DNA of 64,000 nt from Oopsacas minuta (lineage: Eukaryota; Animalia; Porifera), in contig JAKMXF010000308.1 of the NCBI GenBank assembly GCA_024704765.1, positions 124,001-188,000 of the forward strand. Reading direction: 5' to 3'. Positions within the stretch are counted from its first letter, which is position 1. Each line of letters begins with the position of its first letter. Positions 37,826-47,429 of the stretch are shown in pieces. The notes under the pieces were generated by a model, which was not told the DNA's origin, did not search any database, and was given only the letters and a program-made list of their open reading frames with translations. The translations under genes were made by a program, and so were the position numbers.

Positions 37826-39211
37826 TTATGGATCGTGAGTAAGTAATGGATCATAAGTAAACCATAACTCCATTGGTAAATAAGTGTGAATAAGATCATT
37901 AATATTAACACTATCCTCCAACTTCAGATACTCCCTGATAACAGCAACTATATCCTGCGGGGTAGCACTGCATGTACTACCTTTTTTCCCTGTTTTTCGC
38001 TCAATACGTGCTCGAATTAGCTTAATAAAATGCTCAATAAGATTAGTACTGTAATCTTGTAGCCAAGCACTAGATGAGACAGGGAGAAGTCTGCTATTGG
38101 CATTCTTGTAATTCCAACTCTTGAAAAAGGAAATAGGAATTACTGCATTATCTTTGTCTATCGATACTTTCAAATAGTGTGCAGATTTACTACCTTTTTT
38201 ACGTCGGTATTTTAGTGACGGGTGTAGAGAATCCAGGCTGTGAGGAGGAAATGCTAGCTTGATTTTGGCAGGAGACATGCACCTGGAGGTGTGTAAGGGA
38301 GCATATTCTGCTATTACAGATTTATTAGTGTCTGAGCATCGATTGTCAGAAACAAACTTAGCAAGAGCTTCTTTAATTTGCTGAGGTACGAAATGATAAT
38401 CTGTAACATTCTTATTCACATCGAATGTAGTATTCAATCCTACAGGATCATCCTGACGGAGCTCCAGAAGTACAGAGTTCTTGAAAATATCTTCAGGTAT
38501 CTGTAATCCTAATCTAGATTGTCCTGGTCTAGAAAGAAGGGAGGTATGAATTACACCTGAGCTCTCTCCTCCAACGATAGGAGAGGTAACGTCATGAGCT
38601 AGGGTATCAGCTGGTATTGGCGGTACAGTGTCAGTAGCTATTGAATCATTAAGAGGGAGAGAATAAGGATCGTTCTGAGCTCCACGACTAAATTCTGTCA
38701 CTTCAAGAGACGGTTTGAAAGAGACACGTCTCTTCTTGTCGGGTTGAAATAGTTTAGAAGAAACCCTCATCTTTCCAGGGTCAGTATTCATATACCAGCT
38801 GGATCTAGAGTAGGATCGTTTGAGGGGAGGAGTCCTAGCTACGTAACCATAGTGCCCATCTTCACTAGAAAAGGATAGATCTAGTGTGGGTTTAAGAGAT
38901 GAGGTAGCCCGAGTGTCAGTAGGATCAGCTTTGTCTACTGATATAGCAATAGGACTTGTGGTAACAGAGGAATGTACAGGTGTAGAAACTTTCTTCCCAG
39001 CTGACTTAACTTTAGGATTTATAGATTTGGTATAGCTAGGAGTTTCTGAGATATCAGGTGGAGCAATCTTGGAGATAGAACTGGCGCGCTTTTCTTTCTG
39101 AATAAATAGAGAACGACGGTTACGAAACGGACCTGAAGGACTCTCAGGCAGAGAGAGACCAGCGATGGTCCTGGCTAACCTGTGGGGGTTTATTTCATTC
39201 GAGGAGTTCAT
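37826..39211 (-). CDS. Ser/Pro-rich protein with possible C-terminal histone fold (CENP-T-like candidate), 461 aa
   Basis: Long open frame with acceptor-like site before ATG. C-terminal ..TPQDIVAVIREYLKLEDSVNINDLIHTYLPMELW loosely resembles the CENP-T tail (..DVELLMRRQGLVTD....VERHLPLEY). Function is inferred. Confidence 0.6.
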   Translation of the reverse strand: MNSSNEINPHRLARTIAGLSLPESPSGPFRNRRSLFIQKEKRASSISKIAPPDISETPSYTKSINPKVKSAGKKVSTPVHSSVTTSPIAISVDKADPTDTRATSSLKPTLDLSFSSEDGHYGYVARTPPLKRSYSRSSWYMNTDPGKMRVSSKLFQPDKKRRVSFKPSLEVTEFSRGAQNDPYSLPLNDSIATDTVPPIPADTLAHDVTSPIVGGESSGVIHTSLLSRPGQSRLGLQIPEDIFKNSVLLELRQDDPVGLNTTFDVNKNVTDYHFVPQQIKEALAKFVSDNRCSDTNKSVIAEYAPLHTSRCMSPAKIKLAFPPHSLDSLHPSLKYRRKKGSKSAHYLKVSIDKDNAVIPISFFKSWNYKNANSRLLPVSSSAWLQDYSTNLIEHFIKLIRARIERKTGKKGSTCSATPQDIVAVIREYLKLEDSVNINDLIHTYLPMELWFTYDPLLTHDP

Positions 39212-39271
39212 TAAATACTAAATTAATAAATAATATAATAATGATACCCCCCAGGTAGATATTCTTATAAG

Positions 39272-42200
39272 CAGGGGCGTAAATCCAGGGGGGGACGGGG
39301 GGGACGCGTCCCCCCCACTTTTTGGACTGGAGGGGACGCCTATATAAATTGTCCCCCCCACTTTTTCATCTTTGAAATTGTTATAATACAGATATATATA
39401 ATAATTCCCATTGAATATTTTAATGACAAATTTTCTCTTCCAGTCGTTTTGATTTATTGACCCCTTTATGTACTATTAGCGTCCCATCGTTCCAGATAAT
39501 AACTTCATTATCTCCTTAAAGAAACCGATTGAAACCCATGTCTCGAAACGATGCTATTTCAAAGAGGGCAAAACTGACTGGAATTAAGAGATTTTTCAAA
39601 GACATCCCGCAGGATGAGCAGACCAACGTTAGTGATGAACATAATCGTCAGCCCAGTTCTATCTCTAGTCTTTCTCTTATTCCCGAGCAGCCTGTAGTAT
39701 ATCTCACGTTAGAGTCTAGCACCACTGAAATAGCAGGTTCAAGTCAAAGCTGTGTGCCCTGTGCCGTCATACTTAGCTTAGCAGAAAATGACGAACAAGA
39801 TCTTCAGCTTAATTTTAACTCAAATGATTCCTGTTGTCAGCAGTCGATATCTGGTTCTAGGAACTCTTCCATCGCAGTTTGCGTTGATGACACACCCCAA
39901 CATTTGGACAGTGACGACCCTGACCCTCTGGATTTGCCTACACCTGGATCCTGTTATTTACATGGTTCAAGTAGTTCGATATCAGTTTCGAGCATGTCTA
40001 TTGCAAACAACATAACCAGTTTGGGCAAGCCAAATCAGCCAGACATATCGGTGATCCCTGTTCAACTACTACCATCACGATCACTTCATTTCCAGAAAAA
40101 CTGGTATCAAGAATATCAGTGGCTACATTACAGTTCGGGTCTGAAAAAAGTTCTGTGTTTCTACTGCTCAAAAGCTAGTGCCTTAGGATTAATAGATTTA
40201 GCCAGATGTAAAGATCCAGCATTCATTCTAAATGGGTTTGATAACTGGAAGAAGGCCCATGAAAAGTTTAGGTCACATCAAATGTCACGCACACACCAAC
40301 TAGCAATAAATCAGATTTCCGCAATCAAAAGGCCCGTTGTAAATGTCCAAATGAACACACTGAAACTAAAAGAACAAGAAATTTCAAGAAATTCACTTTT
40401 GAAATTATTTACTACGATAAGATATTTACTAAGACAAGGCTCTGCAATTCGTGGCCATGATGAGACTTCTGGAAATTATTTTCAGCTTTTGAAACTTAGG
40501 TCAGAAGATGATCCCGATCTAGGGATGTATCTGAAACGAACAACTAATTTTATTTCTCCTCGTGGACAAGAAGAAATGATGGAAATGTTCAGTCATTGCA
40601 TTGTAAGAGAGGTGGTGAGTGACATTCAAAAGCATGGATGTTTCGCCATTATTGTTGATGGGACACAAGATGTTAGTGGTCGAGAGCAAGAGTCCATATG
40701 TCTGAGGCACGTTAACTCCGATCTACATGTACGCGAAGATTTTGTCGGTATATATGAAATTCCTACTACTACCAGTGAATCTATTGCAGGAATGGTATTT
40801 GATGTCTTAACTCGGTTTGCATTACCATTAAGCAATCTACGCGCCCAAACGTACGATGGAGCTGCAAACATGAGTGGACATTACACTGGTTGCCAGGCAA
40901 GAGTAAGACAATGTCAGCCTTTAGCGCTCTATTTTCACTGTGCACCGCATATTTCAAACCTCGTGATGCAAAATGCCGTAATATCCAGTCAATTGGTTCG
41001 AAACGCCTTACAGTGGACAAATGAACTAGGCGTCCTCATGAATAGATCTGGTAAGTACAGGGCTATGTTCAGAGCAATTTGCGTATCAAATGAATCCGAA
41101 AGTCTACATCCTTCTGCGATCAAACCGCTTTGCCCAACTAGGTGGTTGTGCAGACTACCAGCCATTCAATCAGCACTCGATAACTACTCTACTATTTTGC
41201 TCAGCTTAAAAGAAATGGCTGATGTTGGTGTTACGGAATCCGCAACAAAAGCAAACGGGCTTCTAGATCGTTTTCAGAAAGGCGAGACATTACTTGGATT
41301 GATGATAGCAGCTAGGCCAGTAGCACTTCTAGAGCAGTTGAATAGTGTATTGCAAGCAAAATCAGCTACTGTATCTGGAATGCTGGAAACTGTAAAAATA
41401 TCAACTGAGTCTATCCGAGCATGGTATTCAGATGAAGTGTTCCACGAAATATTTATTGCTGCAGAGGAGAAAGGTGAAACATACCAACTGGATCCACTAG
41501 AGATTCCAAGAAGACGTTGCCCTCCAAAAAGATATGCTGATCAAGTTGCACGAGATCAACCTGCCAATCCTGAAGAACATTACAAGAAGCAGTATCTTGA
41601 GTTCATCGATGCTGTAAGCAAAGGTCTATCAGACAGGTGTGATCTTAGCAAATCTGGATTAGCCCAATACGTGAAGTTGGAGAACATGCTAACGTCTGGA
41701 AAAGTTAATTTAGATGTGATTTCTAAGTATCCTGAACTTGATAAATGTTCTCTACAAATGCAGTTAGAGATGTTCAAACATAACTACAAGCCAGATACGT
41801 TAAATGATGCAAAACTGTCTTATCGGAGTATGACACCTGAAGTACGCTCCTTGTTTCTACAGGTAGTTGTTCTACTGAAGTTGTTACTTGTGTGTCCTGT
41901 TTCTTCGTGCGAGTGCGAGCGCAGTTTTTCCGCTTTAAGACGTCTAAAAACTTGGCTCAGAGCTACAATGACCCAACCTAGATTGAATTGTGTTTCAGTT
42001 TGCCACGTACACCGTGAAAAACTTGATAAAGTTGATGTGCGTCAACTGGCAAGAATATTTATCGAGCAATCAGATAATCGTAGGAAGATTTTTGGAACTT
42101 TTCACTAAATATGGTAATATTATCATAGTATATATGTAGTTTTATTCTCATTTATGAAAGTATTGTTAGTATAAACCAAATAAAAATTCGGACTCCATTG

Positions 42201-42365
42201 GGTGCTAAGAATATCCGTTGATCAATATTAGTCCGTTTAAGAATTAAAAAATGAAGGAATGTGCGTGCTCTCCAAGACCTATTACCGTTGCTCACTACGC
42301 TCGGAATTTGTAGAATTCTTTGTGAAAATGTCCCCCCCACTTTGTAACATGGATTTACGCCCTTG
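39272..42365 (+). mobile_element. Full-length, apparently autonomous hAT DNA transposon (3094 bp)
   Basis: 16-bp TIRs caggggcgtaaatcca / caagggcgtaaatcca (15/16), perfect 8-bp TSD cttataag (39264-71 and 42366-73), subterminal gtcccccccactt motifs, uninterrupted transposase ORF. Confidence 0.96.
39538..42108 (+). CDS. hAT transposase (ZMYM1-like: TTF-type zinc finger, DDE catalytic core, hAT dimerisation domain), 856 aa from first ATG
   Basis: WLHYS..VLCFYC..NGFDNWK..H..S..H (TTF finger), IIVDGTQD, QTYDGAANM, HCAPH, LCPTRW, SSCECERSFSALRRLKTWLRATMTQPRL. Confidence 0.95.
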   Translation: MSRNDAISKRAKLTGIKRFFKDIPQDEQTNVSDEHNRQPSSISSLSLIPEQPVVYLTLESSTTEIAGSSQSCVPCAVILSLAENDEQDLQLNFNSNDSCCQQSISGSRNSSIAVCVDDTPQHLDSDDPDPLDLPTPGSCYLHGSSSSISVSSMSIANNITSLGKPNQPDISVIPVQLLPSRSLHFQKNWYQEYQWLHYSSGLKKVLCFYCSKASALGLIDLARCKDPAFILNGFDNWKKAHEKFRSHQMSRTHQLAINQISAIKRPVVNVQMNTLKLKEQEISRNSLLKLFTTIRYLLRQGSAIRGHDETSGNYFQLLKLRSEDDPDLGMYLKRTTNFISPRGQEEMMEMFSHCIVREVVSDIQKHGCFAIIVDGTQDVSGREQESICLRHVNSDLHVREDFVGIYEIPTTTSESIAGMVFDVLTRFALPLSNLRAQTYDGAANMSGHYTGCQARVRQCQPLALYFHCAPHISNLVMQNAVISSQLVRNALQWTNELGVLMNRSGKYRAMFRAICVSNESESLHPSAIKPLCPTRWLCRLPAIQSALDNYSTILLSLKEMADVGVTESATKANGLLDRFQKGETLLGLMIAARPVALLEQLNSVLQAKSATVSGMLETVKISTESIRAWYSDEVFHEIFIAAEEKGETYQLDPLEIPRRRCPPKRYADQVARDQPANPEEHYKKQYLEFIDAVSKGLSDRCDLSKSGLAQYVKLENMLTSGKVNLDVISKYPELDKCSLQMQLEMFKHNYKPDTLNDAKLSYRSMTPEVRSLFLQVVVLLKLLLVCPVSSCECERSFSALRRLKTWLRATMTQPRLNCVSVCHVHREKLDKVDVRQLARIFIEQSDNRRKIFGTFH

Positions 42366-42773
42366 CTTATAAGATATTATTAATTATAAATTTATTAACT
42401 TCGGAATACAGTGGAATTCGCTAATTAGCAACTCTTTTACCTGTCAAAGAGTATATTTTGTACAAATCCATCTTAGAAAAGAAAGATAAAATCGAATTCT
42501 ACGTCCCTGTTTTTCCCTATTTAACAAGTGGAAGCTAATCTCTAGGATAATTTTGAAATGTTCACCAAAATGCGTGAAAAATATGAATAATCATATGCTA
42601 AATCAGCGTATGTATATTTAATTGAATGTATTAACCAATAGAATTGCAGTCGATCAATACAAATACATTATGGTGCTAATATAATTACATACACTCCACC
42701 AGGACGAATTTTATGCATTCATGCCTAATTGCCAAAACCATACAAACTGATTGGGCTAAAATACAGAGGTGTC

Positions 42774-42858
42774 AAAAAGTGTGAAAATATACACATTAGA
42801 AATTTTTCAAATGTCAGGTACACAACTAGATGCCACTACGAGTATACATGCCAAATTT
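42774..42858. repeat. Dispersed repeat, copy 2 (copy 1 at 21193-21277)
   Basis: Same orientation and near-identical to 21193-21277. Confidence 0.8.
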
Positions 42859-42949
42859 GGTGTCTTAATCTCTTTCCACTGTAATAGAAAGTTTATAATA
42901 ACGAATTATAAAAATCGTACGCTTAATTAATTAAGAGTGGTATAAAAAT

Positions 42950-44443
42950 TCAGAGTGATTGTTGCTCAGATGTATATCCCGTTATTGTCTTCCTAAGAAT
43001 TGCAATTTCTTTGTTCTTCTTCTTCATGATAAAATTGAATCTCTTCTTTTCATCTTGAATCAGTGTATCAACCATTTCTTTCGTAAATAGACAAGAATGT
43101 ATTCTATCTTTCTTAGGAGTATATAGCTTTTCTTTCTCTAGCAATTCCTTCTGAACATTTAAAGAAAATATTTCTTCTCTTAACTGATTGAATTTAGATT
43201 CATGGCCTTGAAGAATTTGATTGAGTTTGTCAATCTCTCTCGCTTTTTCTTCATCTGCTGCTGGCTGTCTGGACAAGATCTCCTCTTCGTATTCATCGAG
43301 TTTTGAAGAGAATACTTCAATTTGTCTCTTCCTCGATTCTAATTCAGATTCAGATTCTTGTTGTGTCATATTAGAACCTAATTTGAAATCAAATCTATAA
43401 AGTTTATAGAATTTGCTGCTTAACATAAGAATTAGTTCCAATATTTGAGAGTCAAAATTGTGGAAAATTTCTTTTATTATTTGGAGTGCTTCTTTCTCTT
43501 GTTCCAATTTATCAGATCTTTCATTTAGCTGTTGTGTCAGTTTTAAATGCTCTTCTTGCTTCTTCTCCATAAGATAAGATATATCACTGCCTTCTAGAGC
43601 CAGGCAAGCTCTCCTTAACTCTTCCCGGACTCTTGCTACCTCAGTCAGAGCCTCCCTGTGTGTAGGTACAACCTTGTTCGCTTGTTCAAGTTGAGCAACC
43701 TCTACTCTCAGTGTAGCTATAGCTTGAGCCTGTTTCTCAATGGTTATCATGTGTCCATCCTGTGTGCATTTAACAGCTAGTTCAATTAGTGGAGATATCC
43801 TGGTGTGAGAATCTGAGTCAGTAGATAGATTAGTAGCGATAGTTGTTACTCCATCTTCTACGTTACTTAATGCTGATCTTACCTGTGGCAGATACTTACG
43901 CAGTTCTACTAATTCAGTGTATTGTTGTGCTACGATAGATGTTTTCAGTTGTAGAGCTTGTTGTAGTTTCTCATTCAAAGCAGTACTATTATGGAGACGA
44001 GAATTGGATTCTTCCAGACGAGCTGAGAGTATGTAAAGCTGTTTACGGAGATAGCGAATTTGACTATCGTCTACCTTGTTAGGAGATATAGTAGAGATTG
44101 TGTCATTAATATTATCCTTCTGTTCTACAGCTGTAATGTCAGGGGTAGTATCAGGGAGAGCTTCTATGACAGATAAATCAGTTATTGTATGTTTGTCTTT
44201 CTTACAAATCTCTTCTGGCTTTATTGAAGCATCTGAGGGAGGAGAGAGAGAAGCTACTAACTTCTCTTCTAGAGCTACAATTGTTAAAGAATGTTGATAG
44301 ACCTGTTCCTGATAAGAGGAAAGTTGGGAGCGGAGCTGAGCTGATTCACGCTGGAGAGAGAGTATATTCTCAGCAGAGTACTCTTGTAAATCTGTATCTA
44401 CTTCAGCTGGGTGTGTCTGGTTAGGAGAGGAATTATCCGACAT
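42950..44443 (-). CDS. Coiled-coil protein of unknown function, about 497 aa
   Basis: Long ORF with heptad-like Glu/Gln/Leu/Lys content. Start placed at ATG 44443 (MSDNSS) rather than the track's non-ATG start, because a tttag acceptor lies 5 nt upstream. Confidence 0.75.
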   Translation of the reverse strand: MSDNSSPNQTHPAEVDTDLQEYSAENILSLQRESAQLRSQLSSYQEQVYQHSLTIVALEEKLVASLSPPSDASIKPEEICKKDKHTITDLSVIEALPDTTPDITAVEQKDNINDTISTISPNKVDDSQIRYLRKQLYILSARLEESNSRLHNSTALNEKLQQALQLKTSIVAQQYTELVELRKYLPQVRSALSNVEDGVTTIATNLSTDSDSHTRISPLIELAVKCTQDGHMITIEKQAQAIATLRVEVAQLEQANKVVPTHREALTEVARVREELRRACLALEGSDISYLMEKKQEEHLKLTQQLNERSDKLEQEKEALQIIKEIFHNFDSQILELILMLSSKFYKLYRFDFKLGSNMTQQESESELESRKRQIEVFSSKLDEYEEEILSRQPAADEEKAREIDKLNQILQGHESKFNQLREEIFSLNVQKELLEKEKLYTPKKDRIHSCLFTKEMVDTLIQDEKKRFNFIMKKKNKEIAILRKTITGYTSEQQSL

Positions 44444-44925
44444 AGTAACTAAATTAAAAGGCAAATTTCTGAATATTAAATGTATCGTAGCATGGTCAGG
44501 ATCTTATCAGCAAATATTATATTCTGGAAAAAAGCATTGATAACTCACGAGTCTGATAATCACACTCAACGAAGTCATTTTCAAAAAGTGGAGTCCTCAG
44601 AACATAAACTCGCGTTATACGCAAAGCGGTATAAATTAAACCCTGAGAAGTCGGGAAAAAGCACCAAATTTGGTACAAAGTTACAGTAGGGGTGTTTGAA
44701 CTTTTAGAAGGGGAGCATACGGAAACATTTGATGGCCTATAGCAAAGGGCAGAAATAGTATTTACAGGGTGGGACACGGGAAATAGGTTGAAATAGAATG
44801 ATCATAACTCGGCACACTTATGTCCATTTCCGATTGCCAACCTTTCATTTTGTGTTTAATTAACAATTAGATCAATAGGAAGTTATGACAAGGCTGAAAC
44901 TCGAAAAATGGACTAATGTCTTAAA

Positions 44926-45951
44926 ATGGTACTACAAAATCATGGTTCCATAGTTACAACGCAGAAAAAATTTAGAAGATTCTATAACTCTAGAACTGTT
45001 CCTAAACCAGATACCATCAAAAATATTGTCAAGAGGTTTGAGGGGAATGGTACTGTAGTTGATACAGCTAGACCAGGGCCATGCCAGACAATGAGAATCC
45101 CATTAACATCGAAAAAGTGAAGCGGAAACTTGCGGATTCACCACATCGTTCATCAAGGAGGCTTTCAAGAGAACTTCAATTGTCCAGGACAACAGTCAGG
45201 AGGATTCTTGTAGATGATCTTAATCTCTTCTCATTTAAGATACAGATCATACAGAAGCAATCTACAGTCCAAAAAGAGAAGAGATTGGCTTTTGCAAAGC
45301 TTATCGCAGGGAAGGTTGAGAAGAAGGAAATTGGCATCGGTAATATTGACTGGAGTGACGAGGCTCATTTTCACATTTCTGGACATGTTAATAAACAGAA
45401 CATGAGAAATTGGGGCGAGGAAAAGCCAGATCCACTTGATGATAAGCCTTTAACACAAGAAAAGGTCACTGTCTGGTGTGCAGTTGGCTACAAGAGGATT
45501 ATTGGTCCGTATTTTCATGAAAATAATGAAGGATCAAGAGTGACCGTGAATGGTGTCCAATATCTTGATATGTTAAAGTCCTACTACATTCCAACTCTCA
45601 GAAGACGTGAGGAACTTGGTAGTATAACATTTCAACTAGATGGCGCACCCCCACATATAGCTAAAGTTTTTATTGACTTTCTTAGAGAGAAATTTGACAA
45701 ACAGCTGATTTCACGAAACTGTGACTTCTTTTGGCCACCTTACAGCCTAGATCTAAACCCATGTGATTTTTATTTATGGGGATACCTGAAGAGCAAGGTT
45801 TACTCCAATCCTGTCCCTGAGACTACTGAAGACCTCAAGAGAAACATTCGCCATGAAATAAGACAGATCAAGGAAGAAACGCTGAAGAAAGTCTCAGAAA
45901 ATATCCTCACGAGATTGCAATAAAGTGATATCTTTAAATGGGAGCTGGATC
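44926..45951 (+). pseudogene. Frameshifted DD41D transposase
   Basis: HTH part (44926-45120) and catalytic part (45081-45923) are in different frames. An extra T at about 45921 creates a stop. The true C-terminus KVISLNGSWIEHIING* is split by the nested hAT insertion and resumes after 46926. Confidence 0.88.
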
Positions 45952-46918
45952 CAGGCACGTAGCTACAGGGGGGGCAAGGGGGCAGTTGCCCCCCCAGATA
46001 AATTTGGAAGTTTTCGTTTTTCTATACAGTGTAGTTAGCTTATTAGCAATATTGCTCTATTAGCAACCAGCTTTCGGGTCCCAAATGGGATTATAATGTT
46101 AATTTCGTTGCCCTATTAGCAACCAAATTTCTGCAAAATCCGAGTTGCTAATAAGCGAACTCCACTGTAGTTAATAGCCTATGTACTTCAACTGCGTCGT
46201 CAAAACTATGAAATTAATAACTCGCGTTGCGATGATGGTTTTAATACTAGACAGGAAGTAACGCTCATTGATAGTAAACTCGTTCTATTTTGATAGGCAC
46301 TGAATTTCTACTATCATTTTAATTGAATTACCACAGACCGCTAGTAATTGTTGTGAGAAGTTAGACTGTCCATTGAAGTGATTGAAGCATTGTTGATGCT
46401 CTTAGTGTTTCAGTTTTCAATTCTTTTATTATACCAAATTCTTGTGACTATCCCTCAGAAGTCTTGCAAGGCTGAGCGAATGTTCTCATCTGCTAAGAGA
46501 ATAAAAACTCGTTTGCGCTCGCAAATGACCACTGTGCGTCTCAACCATATTGCCCTGTTATCTATTGAAAAAGATATTGCAGAAACACTTTGCTATAATG
46601 ATGTGATTGAACATTTTAAGTAGATGAAGCACCGCCGCTTTCTTTTGTAATGTCAAATAATATCCCTGAATTGTGTTTAGTATCTTAATAAATGCTCTTA
46701 CTATATGGCATTCTATATAATGTAGACTAGTCTAGTGCTCCCTAGCTTAGTAATCTGGTACTTGTACTTGATGAATTAAAATGGTTATACATGTAAGAAA
46801 GGAGACTGAGTCGTACTTGTTATACACAAGTAATTAACTTTTCTAAATATTTATCCCTGCAATTGCCCTCCCGAAATACTTCTTGCCCCCTGAATTTCTT
46901 GCTCTAGTTACGTGCCTG
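45952..46918 (+). mobile_element. Non-autonomous hAT deletion derivative (967 bp) nested in the mariner
   Basis: TIRs caggcacgtagcta / caggcacgtaacta (13/14), perfect 8-bp TSD gctggatc (45944-51, 46919-26), residual dimerisation-domain ORF at 46378-46623 (KAERMFSSAKRIKTRLRSQMT..RLNHIALLSIE). Confidence 0.93.
46027..46167. mobile_element. 141-bp pogo/Tigger-like MITE nested in the hAT derivative
   Basis: TIRs cagtgtagttagcttattagcaa / cagtggagttcgcttattagcaa (21/23), TA on both sides. Confidence 0.85.
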
Positions 46919-47429
46919 GCTGGATCGAGCATATTATTAATGGATAGATTCTCTGCAGGATGAAAATTAAAATATCACTTTATAAACCTTAATATACTTT
47001 TTACAGAATTGACTTATCTCTTTTTGTTCAGAAATTATACAAAATTCGTTTCAACCGGTTTCCCGCGGCCCACCCTGTATATACCCATATATAGATTACT
47101 TTGACGCGAGTGTAGCGAGCAAGAAAAGTTTTTCAGACATTCTAACTAATATGCTAGTATATAAGCTGTGACTCTGACAGGAGTTTGAGGTAAATATGTT
47201 GGGAGGTTTGAGCTCTTAGTATATATTACAAAATAATTGTGTTTGATAATTGTGGTCTGGCTAGCGGGGCGTAGGTTGGATACCAATCTAGACCACCATG
47301 ATTTAGTGTTAGTGTTTAGAAATTGAATTCATTGAATAAAATCCCATCAGTTTCATACATTTGAATCTTTTTCCTAATCCCGTTCATTTCCAAGGTAACC
47401 TTTATTAATGAAACAAACAATAAAATAAA

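Larger units (their letters stand above)
44765..47077 (+). mobile_element. Tc1/mariner superfamily element of DD41D (rosa/Visitor) type, inactivated and interrupted by a nested hAT derivative
   Basis: 29-bp TIRs cagggtgggacacgggaaataggttgaaa vs cagggtgggccgcgggaaaccggttgaaa (25/29) with TA on both sides. Transposase has WSDEAHF, FQLDGAPPH and DLNPCDFYLWG, with 41 residues between the second and third Asp. Confidence 0.92.

Noticed and set aside
39529-39537. Track starts at TTG/GTG codons (also 15793, 19764-20489, 44464, 49619)
   Set aside because: The ORF finder used bacterial-style starts. In this eukaryote these are internal exon sequence or lie upstream of the true ATG.
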